This document shows positions 38,401-50,400 of a stretch of 64,000 nt of DNA, one piece after another. Under the pieces are notes generated by a model. It was not told the DNA's origin. It was given only the letters and a program-made list of their open reading frames with translations, and did not search any database. Numbering within the stretch: the first letter of the stretch is position 1; each line of letters opens with the position of its first letter. Where the stretch lies: positions 66,092,001 through 66,156,000 of the forward strand of contig NC_091287.1 of assembly GCF_032444005.1 (NCBI RefSeq), given 5' to 3'. This DNA is from Ranitomeya imitator (lineage: Eukaryota). A program made the position numbers and the translations under genes.

Positions 38401-41400
38401 TAGTATTTTCCCCATCACCAGTGACAGCACCGCCTGAGAGATTTACAGAGCATTAAATCCACCTTAGGGAGGGACCACCACCTGTAGAACCCTTCTCCCA
38501 AAGTATAAATCAGTGTTGGGGGAATAAATCAAGCTTTGTGCTTATAGCATATAGGAGGAGAGGACCACGTTGCTGCCTTACATATCTGGTCGATAAACAC
38601 ATTTCACTCTATCTACTCAAGAGACTGCCATGGCCCGCGTCGAGTGAGCCTTCAGATTCCCTGGAGATAATCTTTATTATCATCTATAATAATCTTTATT
38701 TTTTATATAGCGCTAACATATTCCGCAGCGCTTTACAGTTTGCACACATTATCATCACTGTCTCCGTTGGGGCTCACAATCTAAATTCCCTATCAGTATG
38801 TCTTTGGAATGTGGGAGGAAATCGGAGTACCCGGAGGAAACCCACGCAAACACGGAGAGAACATACAAACTCTTTGCAGATCTTGTCCTTGGTGGGGTTT
38901 GAACCCGGGACTCCAGCGCTGCAAGGCTGCTGTGCTATCCACTGCGCCACCGTGCTGCCCGAGATGCCCCATCACTTGAGAAAGAGACTAAATTAATGGC
39001 CTACCTGAACCACCACCTAGCTAAGGTACTTCTTGAAGCTCAAATCCCTTTCCTAGAACCCTGGAAGGAGACAAATAACGGACTCTTCCTCCATGGCCCT
39101 GTGGCTCAAACATATTTTAAACAGACTTCTTCTACCTTCCAAGATGTGCAATTTTTCTTCCTTATAATTCTTGGGGTTAGTACACAAGGAAGGGAGGATG
39201 ACCACCTGACTTCTATGGAACCTAGTGGCAACTTTGGAAAGGTAAGCTGGGTCTGACTTTAAGGTAACCCTGTCATACAGGATTTGTATAAAGGGAATGC
39301 CAAGAGACAAGGCTTGAATGTCACCAACTCTTCTAGCAGATGTTAGGGTGACTAGAAGGACTGTTTTCAACATAAGGTTCTTGACTGATGCAGGACATAT
39401 CGGTTCAAAAGGGGAGTGCGTCAGTGCTTCTAGCACCAGGTTCAAATCCCAAGTTGGAAGTTTTGGAGTAACCACTGGTTTTGATCTGTCACATGATTTT
39501 ATGAATCCCTTTATCCACATACAGTGGGGCAAAAAAGTATTTAGTCAGTCAGCAATAGTGCAAGTTCCACCACTTAAAAAGATGAGAGGCGTCTGTAATT
39601 CACATCATAGGTAGACCTCAACTATGGGAGACAAACTGAGAAAAAAAAATCCAGAAAATCACATTGTCTGTTTTTTTAACATTTTATTTGCATATTATGG
39701 TGGAAAATAAGTATTTGGTCAGAAACAAAATTTCATCTCAATACTTTGTAATATATCCTTTGTTGGCAATGACAGAGGTCAAACGTTTTCTATAAGTCTT
39801 CACAAGGTTGCCACACACTGTTGTTGGTATGTTGGCCCATTCCTCCATGCAGATCTCCTCTAGAGCAGTGATGTTTTTGGCTTTTCGCTTGGCAACACGG
39901 ACTTTCAACTCCCTCCAAAGGTTTTCTATAGGGCTAAGATCTGGAGACTGGCTAGGCCACTCCAGGACCTTGAAACGCTTCTTACGAAGCCACTCCTTCG
40001 TTGCCCTGGCGGTGTGCTTTGGATCATTGTCATGTTGAAAGACCCAGCCACGTTTCATCTTCAATGCCCTTGCTGATGGAAGGAGGTTTGCACTCAAAAT
40101 CTCACGATACATGGCCCCATTCATTCTTTCATGTACCCGGATCAGTCGTCCTGGCCCCTTTGCAGAGAAACAGCCCCAAAGCATGATGTTTCCACCACCA
40201 TGCTTTACAGTAGGTATGGTGTTTGATGGATGCAACTCAGTATTCTTTTTCCTCCAAACACGACAAGTTGTGTTTCTACCAAACAGTTCCAGTTTGGTTT
40301 CATCAGACCATAGGACATTCTCCCAAAACTCCTCTGGATCATCCAAATGCTCTCTAGCAAACTTCAGATGGGCCTGGACATGTACTGGCTTAAGCAGTGG
40401 GACACGTCTGGCACTGCAGGATCTGAGTCCATGGTGGCGTAGTGTGTTACTTATGGTAGGCCTTGTTACATTGGTCCCAGCTCTCTGCAGTTCATTCACT
40501 AGGTCCCCCCGCGTGGTTCTGGGATTTTTGCTCACCGTTCTTGTGATCATTCTGACCCCACGGGGTGGGATTTTGCGTGGAGCCCCAGATCGAGGGAGAT
40601 TATCAGTGGTCTTGTATGTCTTCCATTTTCTAATTATTGCTCCCACTGTTGATTTCTTCACTCCAAGCTGGTTGGCTATTGCAGATTCAGTCTTCCCAGC
40701 CTGGTGCAGGGCTACAATTTTGTTTCTGGTGTCCTTTGACAGCTCTTTGGTCTTCACTATAGTGGAGTTTGGAGTCAGACTGTTTGAGGGTGTGCACAGG
40801 TGTCTTTTTATACTGATAACAAGTTTAAACAGGTGCCATTACTACAGGTAATGAGTGGAGGAAAGAGGAGACTCTTAAAGAAGAAGTTACAGGTCTGTGA
40901 GAGCCAGAAATCTTGATTGTTTGTTTCCGACCAAATACTTATTTTCCACCATAATATGCAAATAAAATGTTAAAAAAAACAGACAATGTGATTTTCTGGA
41001 TTTTTTTTTCTCAGTTTGTCTCCCATAGTTGAGGTCTACTTATGATGTAAATTACAGACGCCTCTCATCTTTTTAAGTGGTGGAACTTGCACTATTGCTG
41101 ACTGACTAAATACTTTTTTGCCCCACTGTATTACTTGCTAGGTCATAATTATGTAGAGCCCCCAAGGCAGATATCTGTACTTTGAGGCTCCTAATAGAGA
41201 ACCCCCTATTTAGTCCTTTCTAGGGAAATTCTATGATGGGTTCAATTAGAAATACAGACTTGTAGTTTTACACCTGAGCTGCTAAGGAACTTTTTCCATG
41301 TTCTACCGTAGATGTTAGTTGTTAATGGTTTTCTACTTTTTAGAAATGTGAAAATCCTATCATCTGAGAACCCTTACTACGCTAATCGTGACCTCTCAAA

Positions 41401-44400
41401 TTCCAAGCCATCAAGTGACACCCAGTTACCTGGGGGTGACAAACTGGACCTTGAACAAGAAGATCCAGGATCTATGGCAGTAACTAAGGATTGGAGACCT
41501 ACAACAACCTCATCCATGAGAACCACGGTATTTTGCGCCAGAACGTTGCTATTATAATTACTCTTGCTTGAAATTGTCTAGTGGGGGAAAAACTTAATCT
41601 AGTCTGAAGTGCCATTTGATTCGAAAGGCGTCTACCATATAAGGATGTTTTCTGAGATTTAGTGAGTAAAATTCTTTACTTTTCTGTTGCATTAGCTGGT
41701 CTGAGAGACCCCCATAATCCTACAATTTGCTGAAAAATAGCTGAATTCAGGCTATACTCTCCATGCCTCAACCGACTGCGGCTCAATAAATCTGTTTACC
41801 TATCATATGTAACGCTGTCAATGAAGAGATGTTTTTTCTGAAAGGTCTTCTTTGTTATTTTCATCAGCAAATTGGATCGTACTCCTCCTTGATGGTTGAT
41901 GTATGCCACTGTTATTCTGTTGTCTGATAGAATACGAACATGCCTGCCTTGTACCGATGAGAGTACGTTCTCCACAGCATATATTTCACTGCCTTTAGCT
42001 CTTTTAGATTTGAGGACCCTATCTTTTCCTCTCTTGTCCATCGACCTTGGACCATCCCATCGTCTGAATACACTCCCCAAACTTTTGGACTTGCATTATA
42101 ATACTCTGAACTGGATTTTCTCAAGGAACTCCTTTTGATATATTTTCTGAATTTAACCACCAACAGAAAGACATGACCAAGGAAAGGGTTACTCTTCCTT
42201 ACCCTTCCTCCTAGATGTTATTGCAGCGCCTTTTTGATTACTAAAACTTCCGACTGAAGTTTTTTGATGCGCAACTGAGGCCACAGGACTGCTGGAAAAC
42301 AAGGGGACAGACACCATAAATGACATGGCCTTCCTCAGGGTCATAGTGGCATTCTTTATCGCTTTTAGCCAGGGGTGTGGAACCGGGGCCGTGGAGTCGG
42401 TGTAAAATGTCCCAACTCAAAGTCCAAAAATATATAATAAATTGGTACAGTAGTTCAATACAGTATGTAATGTAAATTTTTTCCTAAGAATTTTGGAAAG
42501 TTATGAAATGTCCTATAAATGTCTGTTCTATTTCTGATTTAAGGATCTCTGCTTTTAGAGGAGATTAATCTGTACTGCACTTTATGTACATGCTCAGTAG
42601 TGAAGCAGTGCTGTGGAGTCAGATGTCAGGGACATTGAGGAGTCGGAGGTTTGGCTTACCGACTCCAAAGCCCTGCTTTTAGCACATGATCTGACACCTG
42701 TCCTATCTCTTCCTTTGGGAATTGACAATTTTCATTTATCAAATCTAACAGCAGGACTAAAAAGATGTTGACTCTAAAGGGAATCAATCTCTACTCCAAG
42801 TTCCGAAGGCAACCAAGATTCGTCAAGGTTGTTCTAACACATTCTAATCGTCCATCATGCCTTTAATCAAGCAATCATCTATGAATGTTCTGTTCCCATA
42901 AATGAACTGTCACTTCTGTTATCACTTTCGTAAAAATTTGTGGGGTCATTGATAAAACCGAAGGGAAGTGAACTGGAAATGCCCGATTAAGGCTACAGCC
43001 ACTCTTCAGAATTTCTGATCGTCTATGTGGATTGGAACGTGATAAAATGCATCCTAAAGGTCTAGAACAAACGTGTGAGCACATTAACAGTAGCTATATG
43101 ATGGAAAAGATTCCATTTTTAAAGACTAAGTTTTTAGGATCTTTTTAGCTTTTTCAGGTTGAGGATAGTAGTGAAAGCCATCTGTTTTGTTTTTTTTAGT
43201 CAAAAAAGAAGATACTAGAACCCCCTTCTCCTTTCTTCTCTACTGGATCTCAATGAGGATTGATTTTTTTTTTCCTTTAACCAGTTCCTGGACCTTCATT
43301 TCTAGAGCTAACTGTCCTCACAACCACCCCACCCCCTCCCCAAGACCCTTAAAGGGGCGTTACTACAAAGATCTGTAGGCGAACAACCAAGAACTCCTTT
43401 CTCAGGCCCAACTATCAATTTTAGAATCCATCTGCCAGACATTCTGGCCCAGGCAGGAAGGAAGAGGGAAAGCCTTCCCCCTACCTAAGGAATGGCATCA
43501 CCAGGAAAACTTTATTTGCCGAGGAAGGACCCCCGGGCATGAACCCTCTGTTTCTTCGACTGTCATCCTTTTCTCCTCATCTTCTCCTTCGAAAGAACCT
43601 CCTGTATGAAGGGACGGATCAATTAGGGAGACTTTTTCATAATCACCGGCTTTGTCTAGAATGTCATCAAATGTGGGTCCAGATACTCTCCTTAACATGG
43701 AATGGAACTTAATCTGGATTTTGATTGCACATCACCAGGACAGGTTATAATCCACAGGGTTCTTCGAGCTGCAGTCGAGAGAACTGCCGATCTAGCCGCC
43801 AATCTCGCATAAATCAGCCAGGAATGCCGCTGCTCCCTGCATAAACGGAATATCGGGCAAGATGTCTTCCTTTGCGGTCATATTCCTTAACTGACTTTGC
43901 AATTGCTCAAGCCAGACCATCATGGACCTGGCTGTAGATTTCTCCGCTACGGTTGGTTTTAGCCCTCCAGCTGATGTTTCTCAGGTATTTTTTAAGGTAG
44001 ACATTTGCATTTTTATCTAAGGGATCTTCATGTAATCCCATATCTTGAAATGGCAAGAAGGATTTTTTTATGACAGCCACCGCTACATCTACTTTTGGAG
44101 CTTTATCTCATAGGGCAGTTGCTCCTAGGGATATTTCCTCTTTAATGATGAGTGCAGCAAACACTTCCTCTCAGGTCTCTTCCATTATTTCCTAATAAGG
44201 GCCAGTACTTTTTCATTCACCGGAAAGGTTTTTTGTTCTTTTTTCTGCTCCAACCCTCCAAACATGATATCTTGTACTGATCAATGTGCTTTCGCCCATT
44301 TAATGCCCAGGGTGGCTCTATCTACCCTGATTTATTGATCCACATCTTCTACAGGGAAGCAAAGGTGACCTCCTTCACCCCTATCTGAGGAAGAGGAATC

Positions 44401-47400
44401 CGAGGATATACATTCGCCTTCTGATCTGTCTGATCTTTCAGAATCAGATGACAATATGGTTAGCTTCTTCCCCTTTTCACGTTTGTCACTTTATTGGAGG
44501 GCTAAGCACTTAATAGAATTTTCCACTTCTGATCGAATAGCTGCTCTAAACTCCATAGCAAACTTAGGAGTTTCTCCACATACGGTTTTGCCTATTCATG
44601 CTTGGCAGAGTATTTCTGCCATGATCTGGGAAATTCCTTTTAGCACTGTGCACACTCTTTATGCTTGTATTTAGCTATGCGTTTCTTAGGCATCCCTTAA
44701 CAAATAAGCAACGAGACAAGCAGATACCAAAGTGAACTTTCACAAAGATCACTCACCACAAAGCTGATTGTGAAGGTACCGGATTTAGAGGTAGAATAGG
44801 ATCATTTGAGTGATCTCCTCCGTAGGCTGTGCTGCACCTCTGCAACTGGACATACTGAACTCTGGAACTGTCTGTATGAACCCCACCGTTGCGTCGACCT
44901 GTAGTTGCTCCAGAACTGGTGAAGGCAGCCAGAATCACCACTCTTCCCGCAGGCTTAAACAGCATTTAAATGAGGGTCAAGCACAGACAGCACCTCCACC
45001 CAATGGCCGCCTCCTCCGGACCTCTCCCGGAAGTGCTTAAACCCTTCCGGGTCAAATCCCACTGGCAGGCTCACACTATGAAACGTCAAATCCCCCAATG
45101 GACCCATGCGACACTTCCAGTTCCCACACACTGGCACAGCAGACGTTACGCCCTCCTAGGTGACCAGGCAGGACCTGGGTATGAGACTTCTTTTCTTTGT
45201 TCCGCACGGCACGCATTGTGCATAGGTTCTCTGTTAAGGAAAAGGAAACCAACTGATGTGGAGGAAAGGTTCCTCCATTTTATTCTGTAGGTTTCCTGCC
45301 CTGGATGGAAGGATCCCCGCTCTCAGCTAGTGCCATCATGGGTAATAGGAGACAAAAAACATAAAAAAAAAACAACTGAACCCTGGTCCACTGGCTACAC
45401 CATTCCTCCGTGGCAGCCAGATCAGAGAACTGAACTTCCTACTACCTGCCAGCACCTACAGGGCCTCTTATTAATAATAGGGCCTGCGACATCACAATGT
45501 AGCCTCCTAATAAGAAGGACCAAGGACACTTGACCAGTGTCCTGCTAATCAAATTGCTCAACACTAATCCACATGTGTCAGTCATAAGGTCATGCAAAGA
45601 TTCAGTGTGAGGATTCTTCCATCTGAATACAAATACCCTAGCAAATGACACAGTATGATCTGATAAAACAGTAAACACTTGGACCTGGCCCTATTACACA
45701 TGCACAGATAGCTGGAACAATGAAGCAGGTGCTTCTTTGGTCACACTTCTTAAATGTCAACTTCAGCATAGGAACACAAAAACACATTACTGTAACAGTA
45801 AGCTTAAAAGAACACTAAAATGGGGTATTTGGGAAAAGTTACCTAAAGTCTCTGGAATGTTTCGCCTTTGTCTGCTGGTGTCAGAAAGACGAATTATCGT
45901 TCCTTCTTTACGTTCAGATTTGAAGCGTATGCGACCGCTCTCTTCTTCATCCTCATCTTCATCATCCTCATCAAGTACTTTAGTATGGGAGGGTAGCTCT
46001 TGGGATTCAGTGAGCATCTAACAAAAAGAAATCAAAAATCAATGACCAAGTTTACCGTCATACAGTGCTATGTGGGCAAACTACAAGAAAAACCCAGCCA
46101 AGCAACATAACCCGTCAGATACCTCTTCAGATTCATTCAGCAGCTCTTGTGTTTCCTGCTCCTGTACAGCTTCCACTGTATCGTCCACATATTGCTGCTG
46201 CTCTTCTTCACTCACTTTCTGCCTCTTGTACGATTGTGAGTATTCTTCATCCTTAAAAAGACAAAAAAAAGTACAACATTAAAAAGACATCGCACAGCAT
46301 GCATTGGCTTCTACTCATTGTGAAGTACAGTCATGGCCAAAAGTGTTGGCACACTTGAAATTGTTCCAGAAAATTATTGCAATATCACACATTTTGTTAT
46401 AAACGTTTACTTCCTGTGTGTGCTGGAACAAAACAAAAACCTGGAGAGAAAAAAAAGTCAATTTGGACATAATTTCACACAAAACTCCAAAAATGAGAAG
46501 GACAAAATTGTTGGCACCCTCAACTTAATATTTGGTTGCACACCCTTTGAAATAAATAACTGCAATCAATCACTTCCTATAACCATCAACAAGCTTCTTA
46601 CATCTCCCATCAGCAATTTTAAGATCTCTGCACAGATTTCAATGGGATTTAAATCCGGACTCATTGCTGTCATTTCGGAACTCTCCAGCACTTTGCTTCC
46701 ATCCATTTCTGGGTGCTTCTTGCTTGTGGAAGACTCACTTTGCACACAAAACTAGCTTTCTGACACTGGGTGCTATATCAAGACCCAAGATCCTTTGTCA
46801 ATCTTCAGATATCATGGTGCCTTGCCCACAGTCAAAGCACCCAGTGCCAGAGAAAACTAAATAACCCTAAAACATCTTTGAACCACCACCATATTTGACT
46901 GTAGGTACTGTGTTCTTTTCTTTGAAGGCCTCATTCCGTATTCAGTAAACAGTAGATGTGCTTTCTCAAAAAGCTCTATCTTGGTCTCATCTGTCTACAA
47001 GATGCTTTCCCAGAAGGATTTTGGCTTACGTACATTTTAATAAGCTCCAGTCTAGCTTCTTTAGGTCTCTGTGTCAGCAGTGGGGTACTCCTGAGTCTGC
47101 TACCACAGCGTTTAATTTGATTCAAATGTCTACGGATAGTTCACGCTGACACTGATGCACCCAGAGTCTGCAGGAGAGCTAGAATTTCTTTGGAACTTGA
47201 CTGGGGCTGCTTATCCACCATTCGTACTTTTCTGCGCTGCAACCTTTCAATTTTTTTTTGCCGTCCACATCAGGGAGATTAGCTACAGTGCCATGGGTTG
47301 TAAACTTTTTGATTATGTTGCTCATCATGGACAAATGAACATCAAGATATCTGGAGATTGACTTATAATAGGGCTGTGGAGTCTGTAAGCCAAACCTCTG

Positions 47401-50400
47401 ACTCCTCAATTTCCCTGACTTCTGACTCCATGACACTGATCCCTACTGAGCATGTACATAAGGCACAGCACAGATTCATCTCAACTAAAAACCTACATCC
47501 TTATATCAGGAATAGAACAGACATTTATAGGCTATTTCAGAAATTCCCAAATACTTTGGAAAAAATATTCAGCACATACTGCATCCAACTACTGTACAAA
47601 GACAGTCAACTTCTCCCTTTTCTGTCTGGTTTCAGGTGTGATTGTCATATTGCCCACATGGGTTACTTGCCACAGGTAAGTCTGAATGAGCATCACATGC
47701 ATGAAACAAAAGTTGTTCACTCACAATTTTGGAAAGGTGCCAAAAATTTTGTCTCAACTATTTTTGGAGTTTAGTGTGAAATTATGCTCAAAAACGTGGC
47801 GTGTTTTTTTTTCTTTTTGTAAAGGGAACCTGTCTGGACAGGTTTTTTTTAACCAATCTTTTTCATTGGTTGTATAGAAACCTAGAAATTATCTGATAAA
47901 TAGACCGGTAACTAAAACCGATCCCGGTAGAGGGGAACCAAGATAGGGTGTCCCTCAATGTAATCAACAGGAAACAGATTTAACGTGACATAAAACTGTC
48001 TTCTACTGCCACATAAAAGTGCTGTCTTATTCCTTACCTGCTGGTCCCCATCCATGGGCAGCCGAGAGCCATCAGGTAGGCAATGACCAGTGGCCTTCGC
48101 TTCCATAGGACGTACGACCATGGCAGCCATGAGATTTTCTCATTTTTCCTGGCACGTTCAGTTCTGTGCAGGATCCGATGAGACTGCTGAATGCACAGAT
48201 ACTGGAGGCTTGTGTGCCTGCACCCGTGAAAGCTGAAGACATGTTTGGCTAGAATTCAGCAGCTGACCAGCAGGGGTACTCAGGGCAAACGGGCAATGGG
48301 GTAAATCATAGGACTTCCAATAATGGTTTCCTTAGGGATAGCTGACATCCATTTTTTCATTACTCTTCAAATGAACAGCGGTCATAGCGAATACATACAG
48401 CTTATGGCATGATAGAAAATGTTACTATGACCCCCCATACACAATAAATATGTAAATGTGTGCAGATGAATGGCTGTTTATCATCATGGTAAAAAAGCAT
48501 CTCAGACCACATCGGAACTGTTGTACTTTTTTTTTAGCAGATGATAAAACCATTGCCTACGATTAGGTGAAAAAAATCTAACATGCCCAATCGAATTCTA
48601 AGTAACGCTAGTTGGTAGGCCATTAATTGAACATGTTTTCGTTATGTTCAGACTGCCGATGATAGTTTGTCACATCTGGCTGACTTTTCTCTGATATGAA
48701 TTGAGGCTTCAGGCTATTCCCATCATGTACATTGGCCAATGGCTGATCCAATAATGGAAACCATGATTGTCCGTGCTCGGCTATCGGCACACTGGAGGCT
48801 GGAAGGCAGTTGCTGCTTTAGGTAATGTTCACACGTTGTGTTTTTGATGCATTTTTTATGCAAATTTAAAAGTGAGAGGGAGCCGAGCTGCAATACCCGA
48901 GAATGGACACTACAAAGTGTATGGCGCTGTGGTGTCCTGGCTGCATACCCCGATAACTTCTGGCTGCCGTGGGACCTACAAACAACTAATCGGTGACTGA
49001 CCGTCTCCCACCAATTGGAGGTTTTATCACTTATCCTAAGGATATGTCATCAATAACCAAGTTGAAGATAATCCCTTTAAAAATGTTCCTTTCGTTGTAG
49101 ATTGACCCTCTTGCTTTGGCCTAAACTCCTCTGAAGAGTTATTTTAGAAGAAGGTCTTCTTTCCTTAAAAGTTTGAGCTCCATACTTTCCCTTCATCCTC
49201 ATAAAATTATATAATTCAACAACTATCCGGTGTTATTCTACATCACAAGAATTTTACTGTTCCTTCCGCCACAGCGAACACGGAAAGCCCAATAACAATA
49301 GCAAAGGACAAACTTACTACTGTGGGCTTGTAAGATTCACATATACATACCGTATATACTCGAGTATAAGCCGAGATTTTCAGCCCATTTTTTTAGGCTG
49401 AAAGCGCCCCTCTCGGCTTACACTCGAGTCATTGTCCCAGGAGGGTCGGCGGGGGAGGGGGAGCGGCGTCTGTGACATACTCACCTGCTCCTGGCGCGGT
49501 CCCTGCATCTCCGATGGTCTCGGGGCGCTGACAGCTTCTTGCGGCGTTGAGCGGTCACGTGGTACCTCTCATTACAGTAATGAATATGGACGCGACTCCA
49601 CTCCCATAGGGGTGGAGCCGCATATTCATTACTGTAATGAGCGGTACCAGTGACCGCTCAACGCTGGAAGAAGCTGCCGGCGCCCGGAGAAGACCATCAG
49701 AGAAGCTGCCAGGGACCGCGCCGGGAGCAGGAGAGTATAATGGGGAGGGTGAGCAGCATTGCACGATATTCACCTGTCCCCGTTCCACCGCCAGGCGCCG
49801 CTGTGTCTTCCACATCCTCTGCTGTGACGCTCAGGTCAGAGGGCGCGATGACGTGGGTAGTGCGCACCCTCTGCCTGAACGTCAGTGCAGAGGACGCGGA
49901 AGACGGAGCGGTGCCTGCCCGGCGGCGGAACGAGGACAGGTGAATATCGCAAGAGCCGGGGGCCTGAGCGACAAGAGGTGAGCATGTCATTTTTTTCTTT
50001 TAATCGCAGCAACAGCATATGGGGCAAATATCTCTATGGAGCATCTTATGGGGCCCTTATTAACCTTTATGCAGCACTGTATGGGGCAAATGTGTCTATG
50101 GAGCATCTCATGGGGCCATTATTAACCTTTGTGCAGCATTATATGGGGCATATTTTAACATGGAGCATCTTATGGAGCCCATCAAACTTTATGGAGCATT
50201 ATATGGGGCTCCTGATTCAATATGGATATTCAAAAACACTTAACCTACTGATATCTCAATTAATTTTACTTTTATTGGTATCTATTTTTTTTTATTTTTT
50301 TTTTAAATTTACAGGTAGCTGCTGCATTTCCCACCCTAGGCTTATATTCGAGTCATTAAGTTTTCCCAGTTTTTTTGTGGCAAAGTTAGGGGTCTCAGCT

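Larger units (their letters stand above)
38279..45345 (-). mobile_element. Degenerate DIRS-type tyrosine-recombinase retrotransposon
   Basis: YR fragment 39053-39532 ([10 protein letters not shown]...[13 protein letters not shown]); RNase H fragment ~41830-42000 ([19 protein letters not shown]); RT fragment 42875-43084 (PQIFTKV). End 38305-38337 is an imperfect inverted copy of ~45311-45343. Local inverted/direct repeats at 38283-38440 resemble DIRS terminal/ICR architecture. Many stops and frameshifts. Confidence 0.85.

Noticed and set aside
38895-38960. tRNA gene
   Set aside because: A/B boxes are present, but they form the head of a SINE with a V-domain and LINE-like tail; no full cloverleaf.
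40111-40851. 246-aa plus-strand ORF
   Set aside because: Antisense shadow of the Tc1 transposase, commonly seen in this family.
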